Shown here: positions 1-12,769 of the stretch, piece after piece
Layout of the letters: each line of letters begins with the position of its first letter
Position numbering within the stretch: the stretch's first letter is position 1
Assembly: GCA_009602735.1 (NCBI GenBank)
Contig: WELA01000881.1
Location: 62,001 to 126,000, forward strand
Reading direction: 5' to 3'
DNA from: Mesotaenium endlicherianum
Lineage: Eukaryota
DNA: 64,000 nt
The notes under the pieces: generated by a model
What the model saw: the letters and a program-made list of their open reading frames with translations, nothing else
What the model was told of the DNA's origin: nothing
Database searches by the model: none
Program-made: the position numbers and the translations under genes

Positions 1-765
1 TCGAATTTGGTCAAGTATTGAGAGACTCATGGACTTTTGAAGTTTGATTAATTTTGATGTCGGTTGACGACTGTCCTTAATTTGCTGTGAGCGCGACCGT
101 TGGATTGACCGACAGCGTCGAGCGGTCTGGCCCGTTAGAGTGAACTCGAACCTTCACGTATGTTCGTCTAACACGGAGTGCCGACTAGGTCGGTTTACCT
201 AGAAGTTTCGGTTTAGCCTAGCGCATCTAAGGTAGAATATTCTAGTAATGTCGATGCATACATGTGGACGTCAATTTGACCCGACACGTCAGATGAGACT
301 GATCTGGCCTACTCACAAATTTTCTGGAAGGGACGAATTGACAAACACTTAGGAAAATCCCGTAGCGTCCTCCTAGAGAGGAGCACTTAGGCAAAAAAGA
401 CTTTAAATAGGCGTAGCTTCTTTATTTCTTATTAGTTTCTACCTCTGTAAATTTCTACAAGTTTGTAAGGACAAGGCCTTTCATCCTACATCATTTGTAA
501 GCAATTTTTTGCTACTCAAAATGTTGAGTAATTTTCCTAAGCTTTCTTAGTGATATGCCGCTGCACTCTTTAGTATGATTGCAATTAGTTCCTTTCCTCG
601 TGAGTGCCTACGCTTCCACTAGGGGACTCCGTCCCCTTTCACTCTGGCTAGAATCAGAGCCTTCCACACACTCCATAGGATGATAGATCCTTGCACTCCT
701 CAATCGCATGAACCCTTGAATTTCTCCAGGTCCCCTTCCAAGTTGATCATCAACAGCCTTCACAG

Positions 766-2799
766 CAGGGTTACGCCGTACGCCGTACAAGCCAAGCTTT
801 GTATGCTTATTTAAGCGTACTGAGTCGATTCGCTCGTACTAAGCGTACGAGTAAAATTTCACGCATGCACGCCACCCAAATCAAGTCCAATGCCGTCGAA
901 TCTTTTCCCGTCGACTTGTTTTGCTCGTGAGTTTAAGAAAATCGACGGGATCGAAAATGTACAAGTCTGTGTGTCAGGTTCTTGTAGCAATAACGTGTAC
1001 CGTGAATTTTTGCAAAACTCGATCGCCAATGTTTTGGCTTCTGCCAATATTTTGGAAAGGCAGCGGCAACGTTGCTCGCATCAGCGCGGTTGCACAATTC
1101 TTCACTGCACAACCCCCATCAACTCGAACTTTGCAACCATGGACATATGTGCAGCCGCAACCATGTCCGTCCTAGGTTTGTTTAGTTTGTCTTGCAACAC
1201 TGTCTCTCTTTTCCGTCCCATCCCTCCATCTCAATGCACTTATGCTCTTTCTCGCTTTCTCCCCCATTCTCCCCCTCTCCTCTTCCTCTTCTCTCCCTCT
1301 CTTATCTCAAAAGCTCTCCCTTTCTGTGTGCTTGCGACAGTTGCTATGTATCAGGCAGCTGCTGCCATGTGTCAAGGTGTTGTCAGGGCTGCTGCTTCAA
1401 GATTATCTTGCTTGTTTTGCTTCGAAGCTGCCGAGGACGAGGGGAGGCTAGAGAACAGAGTTGCCTAGATTTTGCCGGCAGGGGCATACTGGGTTGCAGC
1501 TCACGATTGGACTGGCTGTAGTTCTTACCCTGGGCTAGGCTGTAGCACCCCGTATTGCCCTGGGCTGGCTAGCTGTGGCTCGCAGTTGGGCTGCACATCA
1601 AGGCTGGGCCGGCGGTAGCTTTGCCCTGGGCCTTACCCCCGGGTTGGCGACTCATCCCTGGACTGGCTGGGTTGTAGCTCGTCCCTGCTTCTGCTAATCT
1701 CTCGCCTCCTCTCCCTGCTCTTCGTCCTGCTGAACCTCTGAACCTCTTGCTACACCTCTTCCTCCTCCTCCTCCTGCACCTACTTTTGCTCTTGTACCTG
1801 CTCTATGCTCACATCTCCTCCTGCTCCTGCACCTCCTCCTTCCCTTGCTGCCCCTCCTACTCCTTAAAAGGGGAAGGAGAAAGGAAGGGGGGCTCCTTGG
1901 ACGGCCTGCTTGGGCTACCTTGCTCCCAAACATATCCTCTGTGCAGCTGGCATGTGGCGGGCTGGCTAGTTGGCTGCCTGCATCAGATGGTGCATGTAGT
2001 GTGCACGACGACAACGGCCATCGAGGTTAGCACGATAGTGGCCAAGCTGAGAGAGCACGCCCTTCCTCAATCCCCAGGTATGAGACTCCGTGCCCTCTCT
2101 CTCTCTCTTATCCCTTTACGTGTGCTTGCGTTGCGGGATTCCCCTGGGTGGAGTCATGCCTCTTGCTTCCATGAGCAAGGGGGTGTTGGCTGTGTGAAGG
2201 TTGCGCGCGGGGGTCTGACAAGAGCAGCGGCACCCGCCCTAGCCGGGTGTGCGGAGGGTGGCACGCACACTCACGCTTGCATCCCTGAAGGCGCGTGGCT
2301 GTGTGCGCGTGTGTCGACTGGCACACGCGCACGCATGCACACTTCCGTTTGCTGGTGAAGTGGAGGGGGGGAACAACCATGAGGTCGTGTGTTCGCGTGC
2401 CGCCCTTGTAGGCGCGTGAGTTGTTGTAGGTGTTTGTGTGCTGTCCTCATTTATTTTTGCGTGCATGAGAGTGCAAGGGCTGTTGCGGGGGAGAATAGCA
2501 ATGTTGCCCACCCTCTTGTCTAGTAATTCAGGTGTGCGGGGGGGGGGGCGTTGTCCTTCAAGGGGGGGGTTTGCAGTGCACGAGAACTTGCTGCCTGAAT
2601 TGCCTGCCGACGTAAGCTCAGAAACACCTACCCCCCAGGGGTGCGTGCATGTGTCCATGTCTAGCGGATGGCATGCAAGGGCCTTCCCTCCTTCCCTTCC
2701 TCCCTCCCTCTCTCTCACTCGTCTCACTCCCTCCCTCTCTCTTGCTCTCTTGCTCTCTTTCTCCCTCTCTCCCTCCCTCCCTGTCTCCCCCTCCCTCCC

Positions 2800-2836
<37 letters not shown>

Positions 2837-3086
2837 NNNNNNNNNNNNNNNNNNNNNNNNNNNNNNNNNNNNNNNNNNNNNNNNNNNNNNNNNNNNNNNN
2901 NNNNNNNNNNNNNNNNNNNNNNNNNNNNNNNNNNNNNNNNNNNNNNNNNNNNNNNNNNNNNNNNNNNNNNNNNNNNNNNNNNNNNNNNNNNNNNNNNNNN
3001 NNNNNNNNNNNNNNNNNNNNNNNNNNNNNNNNNNNNNNNNNNNNNNNNNNNNNNNNNNNNNNNNNNNNNNNNNNNNNNNNNNNNNN

Positions 3087-3163
<77 letters not shown>

Positions 3164-4633
3164 GTGTGCGCGTTGTCAGCTGCTGCCATATGTCAAAGGG
3201 TCGTTGGGGCCGCAGCAGAAACATGCTTGTCACACTCTCTCTCCTTGTCCTCACTTCTCTCCCGCTCTCCCCTCTTTCCCACTCTTACTCTTCCTCTCTT
3301 CTCTTGACATCTCTTTCCTCTTTCTCTCTCCCTCTTTGTATGTGTTCTCGGGCTTTGTAGCTCTTGTTTTCCTTTGAATTGACGATGTGATTTCAATGTG
3401 AATTGCATGTGTTTGTTTATATAGGCAAAAAGAGGTACATGAGAGGTCTCAAGGCATTCTTACAAGTTGGCTACTGCACTTGTTGCGAAGCTATTAGCTC
3501 ATGAACTTTAGCATTTAGGCTGGACCTGGTTTGTCATGCTTGTAAGATAGAGGTATGAAAGAGTTGGCGCAATGTATTTTTTATAGGTGGCTATGAAGAT
3601 ACATTATTGAGGTTTTAGGACTTTAGTTTAATCCAAGATGGATCAATGTTGGTATTAGTATAACCAATATACTATACATATGATTTATAATGGAGGCTCC
3701 AAAATTGACAAGCACGCAAATTGCCACCTCTATTTATGAGGTAAAAACCACCTCGAAAAAGGCCAAGTAAAACCAACCAACTGTGAAAAGTGGACAACCA
3801 ACTCTAGTAAGGTGGGTAAACGCATGCTTGTTAAATGGTTAAATCCTCTCTACACTTCTTCATTGAAGCGCATTGTACTCAATTAAGAATTAGAGTTACT
3901 CCTAAGCCTTCTCATTGAAATGATAGCCTACATAAGTTCTATAAAGAGCCTTTGCTAAGCGGCCCTCCCAGTGTTCTCCAACACGTTTTTCGCTGAGGCT
4001 CTACTGCGCAGTTTATCTCTGAGAGGCAATTATAGGTACTTCGCATATCTTACGTGTTTGATGATTATGAGGGCTTCTAATTTCTTATGCAGACCTCATT
4101 AATTTCAAAATAGATACTCATAATATCTTACACATTATGTTAAGTAATAAGTTTGTCAACAAGTACATCAAAGAAGGTCTCCTGAGCGGCCTTCCCACTT
4201 CAACCATCCCATTATTTTTTTCAGAAAATTAACCAAACTCTCAACTCCAGAATCATTATCTTTGGCAGTTTGGTTAGGATCCATCCTTTGCAACCGGTGG
4301 CGGTGGTTCAAACCCGTCACCTTTCGCTGGATGTTCTGAAAGAGGACCAGTACATTTTCACGAGCTTTCACTGCAAAGCGGGCAGCAAAAACTTCAGGAA
4401 GCTTTTAAGAAAAGAGAATAGCCATTTTGAACTAGAAAAAGGACTTACACGACGTAATTCTTTTACAAATGTGACCGACATGGAACGTCGACGTCGTAGC
4501 TATTTCATGTCGACGCCGTCATGACGTTAGCGTACTAGGCGAATTAAGCGAACTAGTCCATTTTTTTGAACACCAATCTAAGCGAACTAGCGTATTAGTC
4601 AAACTAAGCGTACAAGCGTACGGCGTAACCCTG
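766..4633 (+). mobile_element. Non-autonomous hAT DNA transposon (copy 1 of the CAGGGTTACGCCGTAC family)
   Basis: 18-bp TIRs CAGGGTTACGCCGTACGC (766-783 and 4616-4633). Perfect 8-bp TSD CTTCACAG (758-765, 4634-4641). Subterminal AAGCGTAC/AAGCGAAC repeats. No recognisable transposase inside. Contains the N gap at 2837-3086. Confidence 0.93.
2690..3161. repeat. (CT)n microsatellite / pyrimidine tract with assembly gap (N 2837-3086)
   Basis: Directly visible. Confidence 0.97.
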
Positions 4634-6325
4634 CTTCACAGACCTCAATTTCAATTTTCTTAAAAAATTCTTGTTCACCTGAAGTTATCAGAAATGGGAC
4701 AAAAGTGCCTTACTTCTAAATAAGTTGTCGCCCAAGTTGACAACTTAAATTTGTAGTCTGCTAAAATCACGTCTAATCAGATTTACGTACACACACAACA
4801 CCAATGTTTAGACAAAATTGCCCACCAGGACTTTTGCTTAACTTTCACAAAGTCAGAGCTTACAAAACTCCGAAACTATGGCATCTATGCTAGCCAGGTT
4901 TCAGCTCTTTAGGAGTTCCCACTACTCGCTAGGCTCACTCAGTTCTTCACTGAGAGTGTTCCCAATTAATTGTGCTCTTGCTTTCAGCAATTCCATAATA
5001 GAGATTTTGGAGAACTTAGAAACTAACATAGGACTCACCATTTTATGTGCTTTCACACGCTTGTGGTGTCTTGTGGAACCCTGCGCAAGAATCCTAGCAC
5101 ATCCTATTTTGCAAGCTCTCACTACTTTCCATCAAAGAAATCCTCTCTTTAATACTTTTAACGTTTTTATGATACACGGAGAACGAATCTTCGAGCGTCC
5201 GCTGGAGCTTGCCTCCTTGGCATTCCTGTGGCCTTGGGAACTTTTTCTCCTTCGCGGCCTTCTCTTCTCTTTTTCTCTCTCTCTTTTGCTCCATCTGCTG
5301 CCTTGGCAGATGTGCGCGGCAAGAATGAGGTGAGATCGTGCAAGCTTGTGCCTTACCCAAACACCACGCATGTAGGCCTCTCTCTCTCTCTCTCTCGTTC
5401 CAATGCTGCGTCACACCCCTCACACAACGCATGCATGCAATCTCGAGTTTATCACTTGAGCAGCTTAACCTCTTGATTAGCATGCAAGTCTGGGCATCGT
5501 CGTAGCCCATGTCCCTTGGGTGGCTGCTTAAGTCGTGGCAACCTCGGCCCAAGTCCAGCGACAAAGATCGCCGTCCAGTCAGCGCTTCTGACTCGGCAAC
5601 TTCCACATGTTTGCAACACGGTCAGCTTCGCAGCAGACTTGGCGTTTCCTCCCGGGTCTTCGGCTTAGTTAGTCTCCTCGTTGATCTGTCAATCATCGAT
5701 TGCAGGCGTATCTCAGTTAACTTTTTGGCTGAGTGGATCGTGAAACCCCACTCACCCTTGAGCGTCGCGTTACCTGACTTCTGGTCAAGTTCACACGTGG
5801 CCTGAACTAGTGCTGGCCTGTCGATGGTCAGCTGATGGAACTGATGTCGGCGTTGACTTCCGTACCTGGGCGGCCGTGACTTGCGTAGCACGTGCGCCAC
5901 CGTCAGACGGTTAGCGGTCGCGACAGCAGTCGTGCCGAACAGTATCGGTCCCTTGGCAGGTGTGTGGTATCCCAGCACGTGTGCCGTCAACTTGGTTGAT
6001 GTGTCGGTGGTTCTCGTCGCGTGTGGGATTTTCTCGGTTGACTGGTCGGGACATTGGCCCGGCGCAATTGAATTCTGTCGATGAATATTCTTGAACAATC
6101 CCGAACACACTCGAACACGTCGAAACGACGTCACGTACGACCACGAAACACGACGCGCACAAGCAAGGCCCTTACTGATTTAGCTGATGCTGTCGAGTAC
6201 GTTGAGTGTCCAATCAGTGGGGGGAAGGGTTGGAGAGTGATGGCAGGTCTTAGTGGTTAGACGGGTTTGGGATGGTAGGTGAGGGAGGCTCAGTTCACAA
6301 GCAATTGGGGTGAGCATTTGGACCT

Positions 6326-7005
6326 ATGGTAATTTTTGTTACCTGATTAAACAGCAAAAGACAAACGAACTAGAGGTGGACAATACTCGCAAGTCAAATG
6401 CAAGTGAACGAGCATCAATGTTTCAATCAGTAAACTCATACATGAGCAAGGCTAGAAGACGGTGCGTATCAATGACTTCTGGCCTTGGATTCAGATGTCT
6501 CTCAGTAAGCAATATAAGAGAGGTGGCCTCGTTTCCGAGTGCCAAACTTTGAGACCAATACCTAGCATATATACATGGAATGAGTTTACTGTTCAACGAG
6601 AAGTGTGATGGCACCGCCTACCCGAGAGTTAACCACGTTGGTAGGACCTCGGCTAACCAAATCCACAGCCATCTCCCATCATCCGAATCGCCATCCACCT
6701 TAAGGGTGTCATCTGGCCACTCATCTAGCACACCACACTTAGATGCATAGCTAGGCAGTTCGCTGCTGCCGAGTACGGCAGCCAGCTGACTGCCAAAGAA
6801 TGTGTCAGCAAGCTGGCACAAGTCAACGGGCTGACCTAATGGACTTCAGCCTGCTGCTTTCGGTTGAGTCATTTAACTTACTGTTAAGTATTCAACAGGC
6901 TTAAATCCAGCAGACTACATATTAACTCAAATTCAGCAGGCTGAACTTATCTAGCTATTAAATCTAAACTAATATAATATGTATCCAATATATTGATTCA
7001 TTACA
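6326..7005 (-). mobile_element. Decayed, truncated LTR of the TGTAATGA family
   Basis: Colinear with the LTR at 54031-54749 (e.g. GATGGCACCGCCTACCCG.GAGTTAACCACGTTGGTAGGACCTCGG). Ends ...TTCATTACA at 7005. The other terminus is missing. Confidence 0.85.
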
Positions 7006-7317
7006 CCTTGTCTCTATCTAAGTTGGAAGAGGAGTGACAATTAACCCTACACCGATTGTTATGCTGAAGTGACAAGTTCGTCGCATATTGTGAATTACAT
7101 AAACATTAGACACTGCGTAGCGCTTGCTTGCACACAACTCGATCAACAATTTATTGTGCCCTCTTACTATTTGAACCGTTATTTGTTCCACTTTACTACT
7201 CTGTACGAAGAAATCATAGCTATTATACGGTTATCAAATTTGTTGCATTAAAAGCTGTGTCACATTGGATAGTGTCTTTATGCTTTGAAATGCACGTTAC
7301 ATTCGTCTCGGCCACAC

Positions 7318-8000
7318 TTAAAATGAATGGACCTACAGAGTAAGCAATTAACTATTTTAATGTCAGCAAGTGATTTTTTTGATGTTTTTGCCGTTTGGCT
7401 TAACTCAATAACAGCAAATCATAACACAACTAGCATAAGCAATTCTCACAAGTCAAATGCAAGAAACGTGCATCAATAATGCAATCAATAAACTCATACA
7501 CAAGCAAGGTTAGTAAGCAGTTCGTGTAACAAATTGTAGCCTTAGATCTAGGTATTCTCTCAGTAATTTGTATAGATAGTTTGGCCTCATTTCCAAATGT
7601 CAAACTCGATAGCAAACCTAACATATGTACATGGAATGCATTTATCATTCAATGGCAATAACGATGGTACCGCCTGCCTACCCGGGAGTTAATCTCGTCA
7701 ATAGAACATCAGCTAACCAAATCCACAACCATCTCTGATCATCTCAAATCGCCAGTTGCCTAGGGCGTTATCTAGTTATCCATCTCGCATATCATAATAA
7801 ATACATTCATAAGCAATTCTCTAGTTTCGCTTAGCGCAGTCGCTTGATGGTCAAAGAATGTATCAGCAAGCTGACTTCAGTAGACTTCACCCTGCTACTT
7901 TTGGCTGAGTATCTATATCAGATATGAAGTAAAATTTAGCAGATTAAACCCGATGTACTACCACATATAAATTATATTAATAACATATTGCTTCATTACA
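7318..8000 (-). mobile_element. Diverged solo LTR (TGTAATGA family)
   Basis: Similar to the family LTR over its whole length. Ends TTCATTACA. Flanked by 5-bp CACAC on both sides (7313-7317, 8001-8005). Confidence 0.8.
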
Positions 8001-8109
8001 CACACTAGCTTATGTTGTGGATGTATGAGGATGACATTGGACTAGAAGGGGGAACTTCGAGAGCAGAAGCAAATGGAGATTGTGGAGGGACACGCTTACT
8101 ATAATATGT

Positions 8110-8290
8110 GAATCCAAGGTTGCAAGCCGTTGCACAAACCACTTACTTACCTTGATTGCATGATTGATACTCGTTTACTTGCATTTAACTGTTGAGATTT
8201 GCTTATACTTGTTGTATTGTACTTTTGTTGTTTGACGAGCAAACTGGAGAACATCATAAAAATTAATTGTTGACATAAAATATTGATTAA
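8110..8290 (+). mobile_element. Fragment of the 3' half of a TGTAATGA-family LTR
   Basis: GAATCCAAGGTTGCAAGCCGTT...TACTTGCATTTAACTG resembles 15398-15520. Confidence 0.55.
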
Positions 8291-8847
8291 ATTATTAACT
8301 CCTAAACGATAAGTTGATCCATTTGGAAGATGGATGAATAGAGCGAGCTTCACAAATGTGGTCAACATAAAATTTATTATCATCACGAACGGATCGGACA
8401 GATTTCGGTTGGACCGTTGAAGTCAACCCGTGAACAACTTGTCGCCCCTAATGTATGGTTCCAAGAAAATGATATTGAATAGAGGGTAAGCTTTGTATTG
8501 AGGTAATATGTTTAATTTATAAACAATTTGATCTACGCGGCGTACCATCGAATATTAACCCACTTAGACAAAACAGCACATGGCTTTTTCTTGACCACTC
8601 AAGGAAGCTCAAGATTGAAGTACTTCTCACACGACCTGATGTATTATCCATGGATTACACCTTGAGTACTCGTGACATAATTAATAAGCACTCAAACAAA
8701 ATGATTCTTGACTTAATATAACGTAGTTATAGAGCTCGACGAAGTAGCAATCTAGATAGCGGAAGAATACGTCATAGAGTGATAAAAAAGAGCCCATATT
8801 AAGACAACTTGGAAAAAAAAAAAAAATCTATTCTGAGAGAGAGAGAG

Positions 8848-9550
8848 TGTAATGAAACAGTATATTGATAGATATAGTAATCATATAAATATAATAGCTA
8901 ACTAATTTGATCTGTTAAACGCAGTAAATATCCGTTCTGCTAGAATTTTAGTATTATACAGTATAATGACTGAACCGAGAGCAGCGGGCTGAAGTCCACT
9001 TGGGTCAGCTTAATAACACATTCTTTGACAGTCATCTTACGCGGTATCAGTGAACTGCCTACTTATGCACCTAAGTGTGATATGCTAGATGGATGGCCAA
9101 GTGACACCCTCGGGTGGATAGCTTTTTGGGATGATGGGAGATGGCTGTCCATTTGGTTAGCCGAGATCCTACCGACGAGGGTAACTCCCGAGTAGGCGTT
9201 GCTATTGCACTTGCCGTCGAATAGTAAATTCATTCCATGTACATCTGCTAGGCATTGCTATCGAGTTTGGCGTTTGGAAACGAGGCCAACTTTCTGTACA
9301 GATTATTGAGAAAACATCTAAATCCAAGGCTGCAAGCCGTTACACGAACTGCTTATTAACCTTGCTTATGTATGAGTGTACTGTTTGCATTATTCATGCA
9401 TGTTACTTGCAATCGACTATGAGTATTGCTTACTGCTAGTTGTGTGGTATTTTTTTGTTCATAAGTTAAACAAAAAATACCATAAAGATTACTTGCTAAT
9501 ACAAAAATCTATTATTGATTATTCATTGCTTATACGTAAGTTCATTTTTT
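8848..9550 (+). mobile_element. Diverged solo LTR (TGTAATGA family) inserted in a (GA)n tract
   Basis: Starts TGTAATGAAACAGTATATT and is colinear with 14940-15636, ending ...GTAAGTTCATTT. (GA)n lies on both sides. Confidence 0.8.
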
Positions 9551-9563
9551 TATATATATACAT

Positions 9564-9596
<33 letters not shown>

Positions 9597-9944
9597 AGGA
9601 AGAGAGAGGCAGAGAGAGAGAGAGAGAGAGAGTCGCGGCATAGATCGTCGAGGATTGCACATGTTGAGTGAACGAAGCACTACTAAGTCTAGTCGGCAGT
9701 GGGTAAAAACCCCCCTAGAACTAAGTGGGGGAAAAGGTGATTGCCCTTCTTGGGAAGGAAAGCAAAGAAAACTATCATCAGATTATGACTCTTAATTTAT
9801 TAAAGTTTTTAATTAATCCCTTCATCCTAAAGAGAGAGTGAGAGAGCACTGAGCTAGGTTAATGAAACATGTGACATTAAGTGAATCGGCTTACCAATAA
9901 GGGTCTAGCATATAACAATAGATATTTATATTAGATAGTACTTT

Positions 9945-11199
9945 TCATGGTATTTTTTTGTAAACTTAACCAGCTAAAGACCACACAAGTAGCGTAAGCA
10001 ATATCACTAGTCAAATGCAAGTAACGAGCATCACTCATGCAACCAATAAACTCATACATAAGCAAGACTAGTAAGCAGTTCGTGTAACAACTTGCAACCT
10101 TGGTTTCAAGTATTCGCTCAGTAATATGTACAAAGAGTTGGCCTCGTTTTCAAACGTCGAACTACGTACAATGAAAGGGGGAAGGGTGCGGGGAGTGCGC
10201 CCATCCACATTCACGCACCCTCACCCGCGAGTGGAAGCGTGCACGAGGACCTTTCCTAGTTGCATACACAAGGTGGAGTGGCCTGGTGGTATGCCACCCT
10301 TGCAAGAGTTAGAGGGCTACATGAGAGAGGAGTGGAAAAGAACTCGCTTTATTAAGAAAAGTCGTGTACAAGATGAGAAGGTTAGACTAGACTAGAATAA
10401 GCCCCCTCTACCACTTTCTGCTTCCCATTTACCCTTTAACTCTAAGTGTCCTCTCTAGCAAAGTACCTCCAGAACCTTCTCCTATGGCTCCTTCTATGTA
10501 GGTGACCTTGCCTAGTTGGACAAGCTAGCACACTCACACGCACACAATCACGCTCTAGAATATTCTACTACACAATCCACTAACTGATCACGGAGTTTTT
10601 AGAAATTCCACGATCACTTTCGCACTCTACGTAATTGTACGTAGTTTCTGGAACCCTCATGTTTCAATGTCCAACTTCCTGGACTCCAACCGGAATTTTC
10701 GTCACTGGACCTGTCCTTGTCACTAAATAGAATCTGTGACAATAAAAACTCACTAAAAACTTCCAAAATTCATAACTTTCTCATTACTTGTCCAAATGAC
10801 TTGAAATAAAGGCCAAAGTTCTTCTAAAAATCACTCTATGCATATAAAATACTAGAAAGATACAAACTACACTTTGATAACCTTACATACAATACCTAGC
10901 ATATGTATATGGAATGAGTTTACTATTCAATCGCACCGCCTACCTGTGTGTTAACATCGTTGGTAAGACATCGTCCAACCAAATCCACAGCAATCTCCCA
11001 TCATCCCTAATCGCCATCCGCCTAAGGCGTTATTTGGCTATTCATCTAGCATATCACAATCAGATGTGTTATTAGGCAATTAGCTACTGTTGGCTGAGTT
11101 ATTATATTGAATATCAACTTAGGTTTAGCTGGCTTAATCCAATTAATCATTATACAATAAATTGAATAAATACATCTACCGATATACTGTTTCATTACA
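9945..11199 (-). mobile_element. Decayed TGTAATGA-family LTR interrupted by another solo LTR
   Basis: 9945-10171 and 10888-11199 join into one LTR-like sequence ending TTCATTACA at 11199. Confidence 0.75.
10172..10887. mobile_element. Solo LTR of an unrelated family, nested in the decayed LTR
   Basis: Termini TGAAAGG...CCTTACA. Perfect 5-bp TSD TACAA (10167-10171, 10888-10892). Confidence 0.8.
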
Positions 11200-11539
11200 T
11201 GACAACACGGAAGTTGGGAGCGAGAGTGTAGTCTTCTCTTTTTTACGGCGAAGCTTAGCAGTCTTGTGATGGTTGCAATCGTGCACCAAACCAGGATTCA
11301 GTGAGAGGGAAAAGTGAGTGAGAGAAGGAGCGCACGGCTCGGCTTAGTGGAACTATTGACTATCTTAGATCAACCCGCTAACAATAACATTGAGGTGGGT
11401 AATTAAGAATGAGCTATGCTTAATGAGATTGCATTAAAGAAGCAATCCTTACAGACATACAAGGACTGATGTCTGCTGGCATACAGGTCAGTCGTTTTAG
11501 TAGTAATTGGCAAGCTCTATCTCCCTCCCAACCTACGCT

Positions 11540-11552
11540 CTATCTCTCTCTT

Positions 11553-11634
<82 letters not shown>

Positions 11635-11660
11635 CTCTCTTGCTCTTGCTCTCTCCCTCT
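11540..11660. repeat. (CT)n microsatellite
   Basis: Directly visible. Confidence 0.95.
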
Positions 11661-12769
11661 CAGAGTATATCTCTACAAGTTTCCCACCAGGCGACTTTTG
11701 AGGTCAAATAGCTAAGTAAACAAGACGCGTCATAACTCGTTCACGAGTGAACGGACGTAGGTGACTTAGATAATTGACCACAAAATTTTGCGGTCACACT
11801 CGATTACCTCTCCTTCACTAATGGGGTTGGCCGGTGTGTACGTTGATTGGTCCGGAGACCCCTTCCCACTACCTAATAGTTCGTCGATCGGTGGTCGCTG
11901 TAGTAGGGCAGGTGGTTTGTGCTAAACCCCGATATGGGATGACGAGACACGTGTGAAAGTCGGTGGGGTAGCACAGAGCCGGGAGGATCTCATGGCAGCT
12001 CAAAAGCGACCTTGATCATGAGACCAGGGTTACGCCGTACGCCGTACGGGCCGACCCTCGTACGCTTAATTCAGCGTACTGAACCAGTACGCCATACTAA
12101 GCGTACGAATAATTTTCAACTCGTGTGCGCCGCCCAGTGGCGCGCCGACGTATTCACGTCTGGCACTGCACCCTCCGTTTCACTTATTAGTTTAAAATTG
12201 TCGTCGATCGAAGCGATGAAACGTGACAGTACATGCGAACAAGTTTTATCAGCAACGGCGGGAACATAAAAAAACAAGTGAAAGTTTCACCAATATTTGG
12301 GCCACCATGACATTGGTTCCAATTTCCCTCTCTTGCACATACGCATCTGCTTCGGTGTAGTGCAGCCGCGAATATTTACAAGCCAAACTTGAGGCCTACT
12401 TAACAGCTCTGTAGCCTCTTGTTGTTCATTCTACATCTGCTGATCATTCTTGTAAGTTTCTTTACCTCGTTTTCATGACCTCGCTTCCTCGCTTGCTTGT
12501 TCTTGTTACTTGTATATGTATTCATGTTTTGTTTATGGATGAATTTTATTTCGTTTCATTGTGGTTGGTTCTGGTAATGGATCTTCAATAAGGCTTAGGT
12601 CACTAGTGCTAACAATGTTCATATGAGTGGCAGGCCTACACAAAGAGCACAAAGTTGAACCCATCTAGTGCCTATCGACGTGCCACCGTCCACAGACAAT
12701 TGCATCAGGTCACATTCGCCTCTCCCCTCCTCTTTTCTGCTGTCTTTTTTGGCATGGGGGATCTATTTG

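Noticed and set aside
1..610. Possible LTR fragment at the window start
   Set aside because: Composition is LTR-like, but no termini, PBS, PPT or second copy could be identified in the window.
2438..3377. Poly-LS / poly-ER ORFs (also 9376-9795, 11469-11711, 27195-27753)
   Set aside because: Artefacts of (CT)n/(GA)n microsatellites and N gaps.
4634..6160. Possible minus-strand coding remnant (ORFs 5094-5606 and 5622-6134, continuing to 608-765 across the hAT)
   Set aside because: No recognisable motif and broken frames. It may be TE-derived but cannot be supported without a search.
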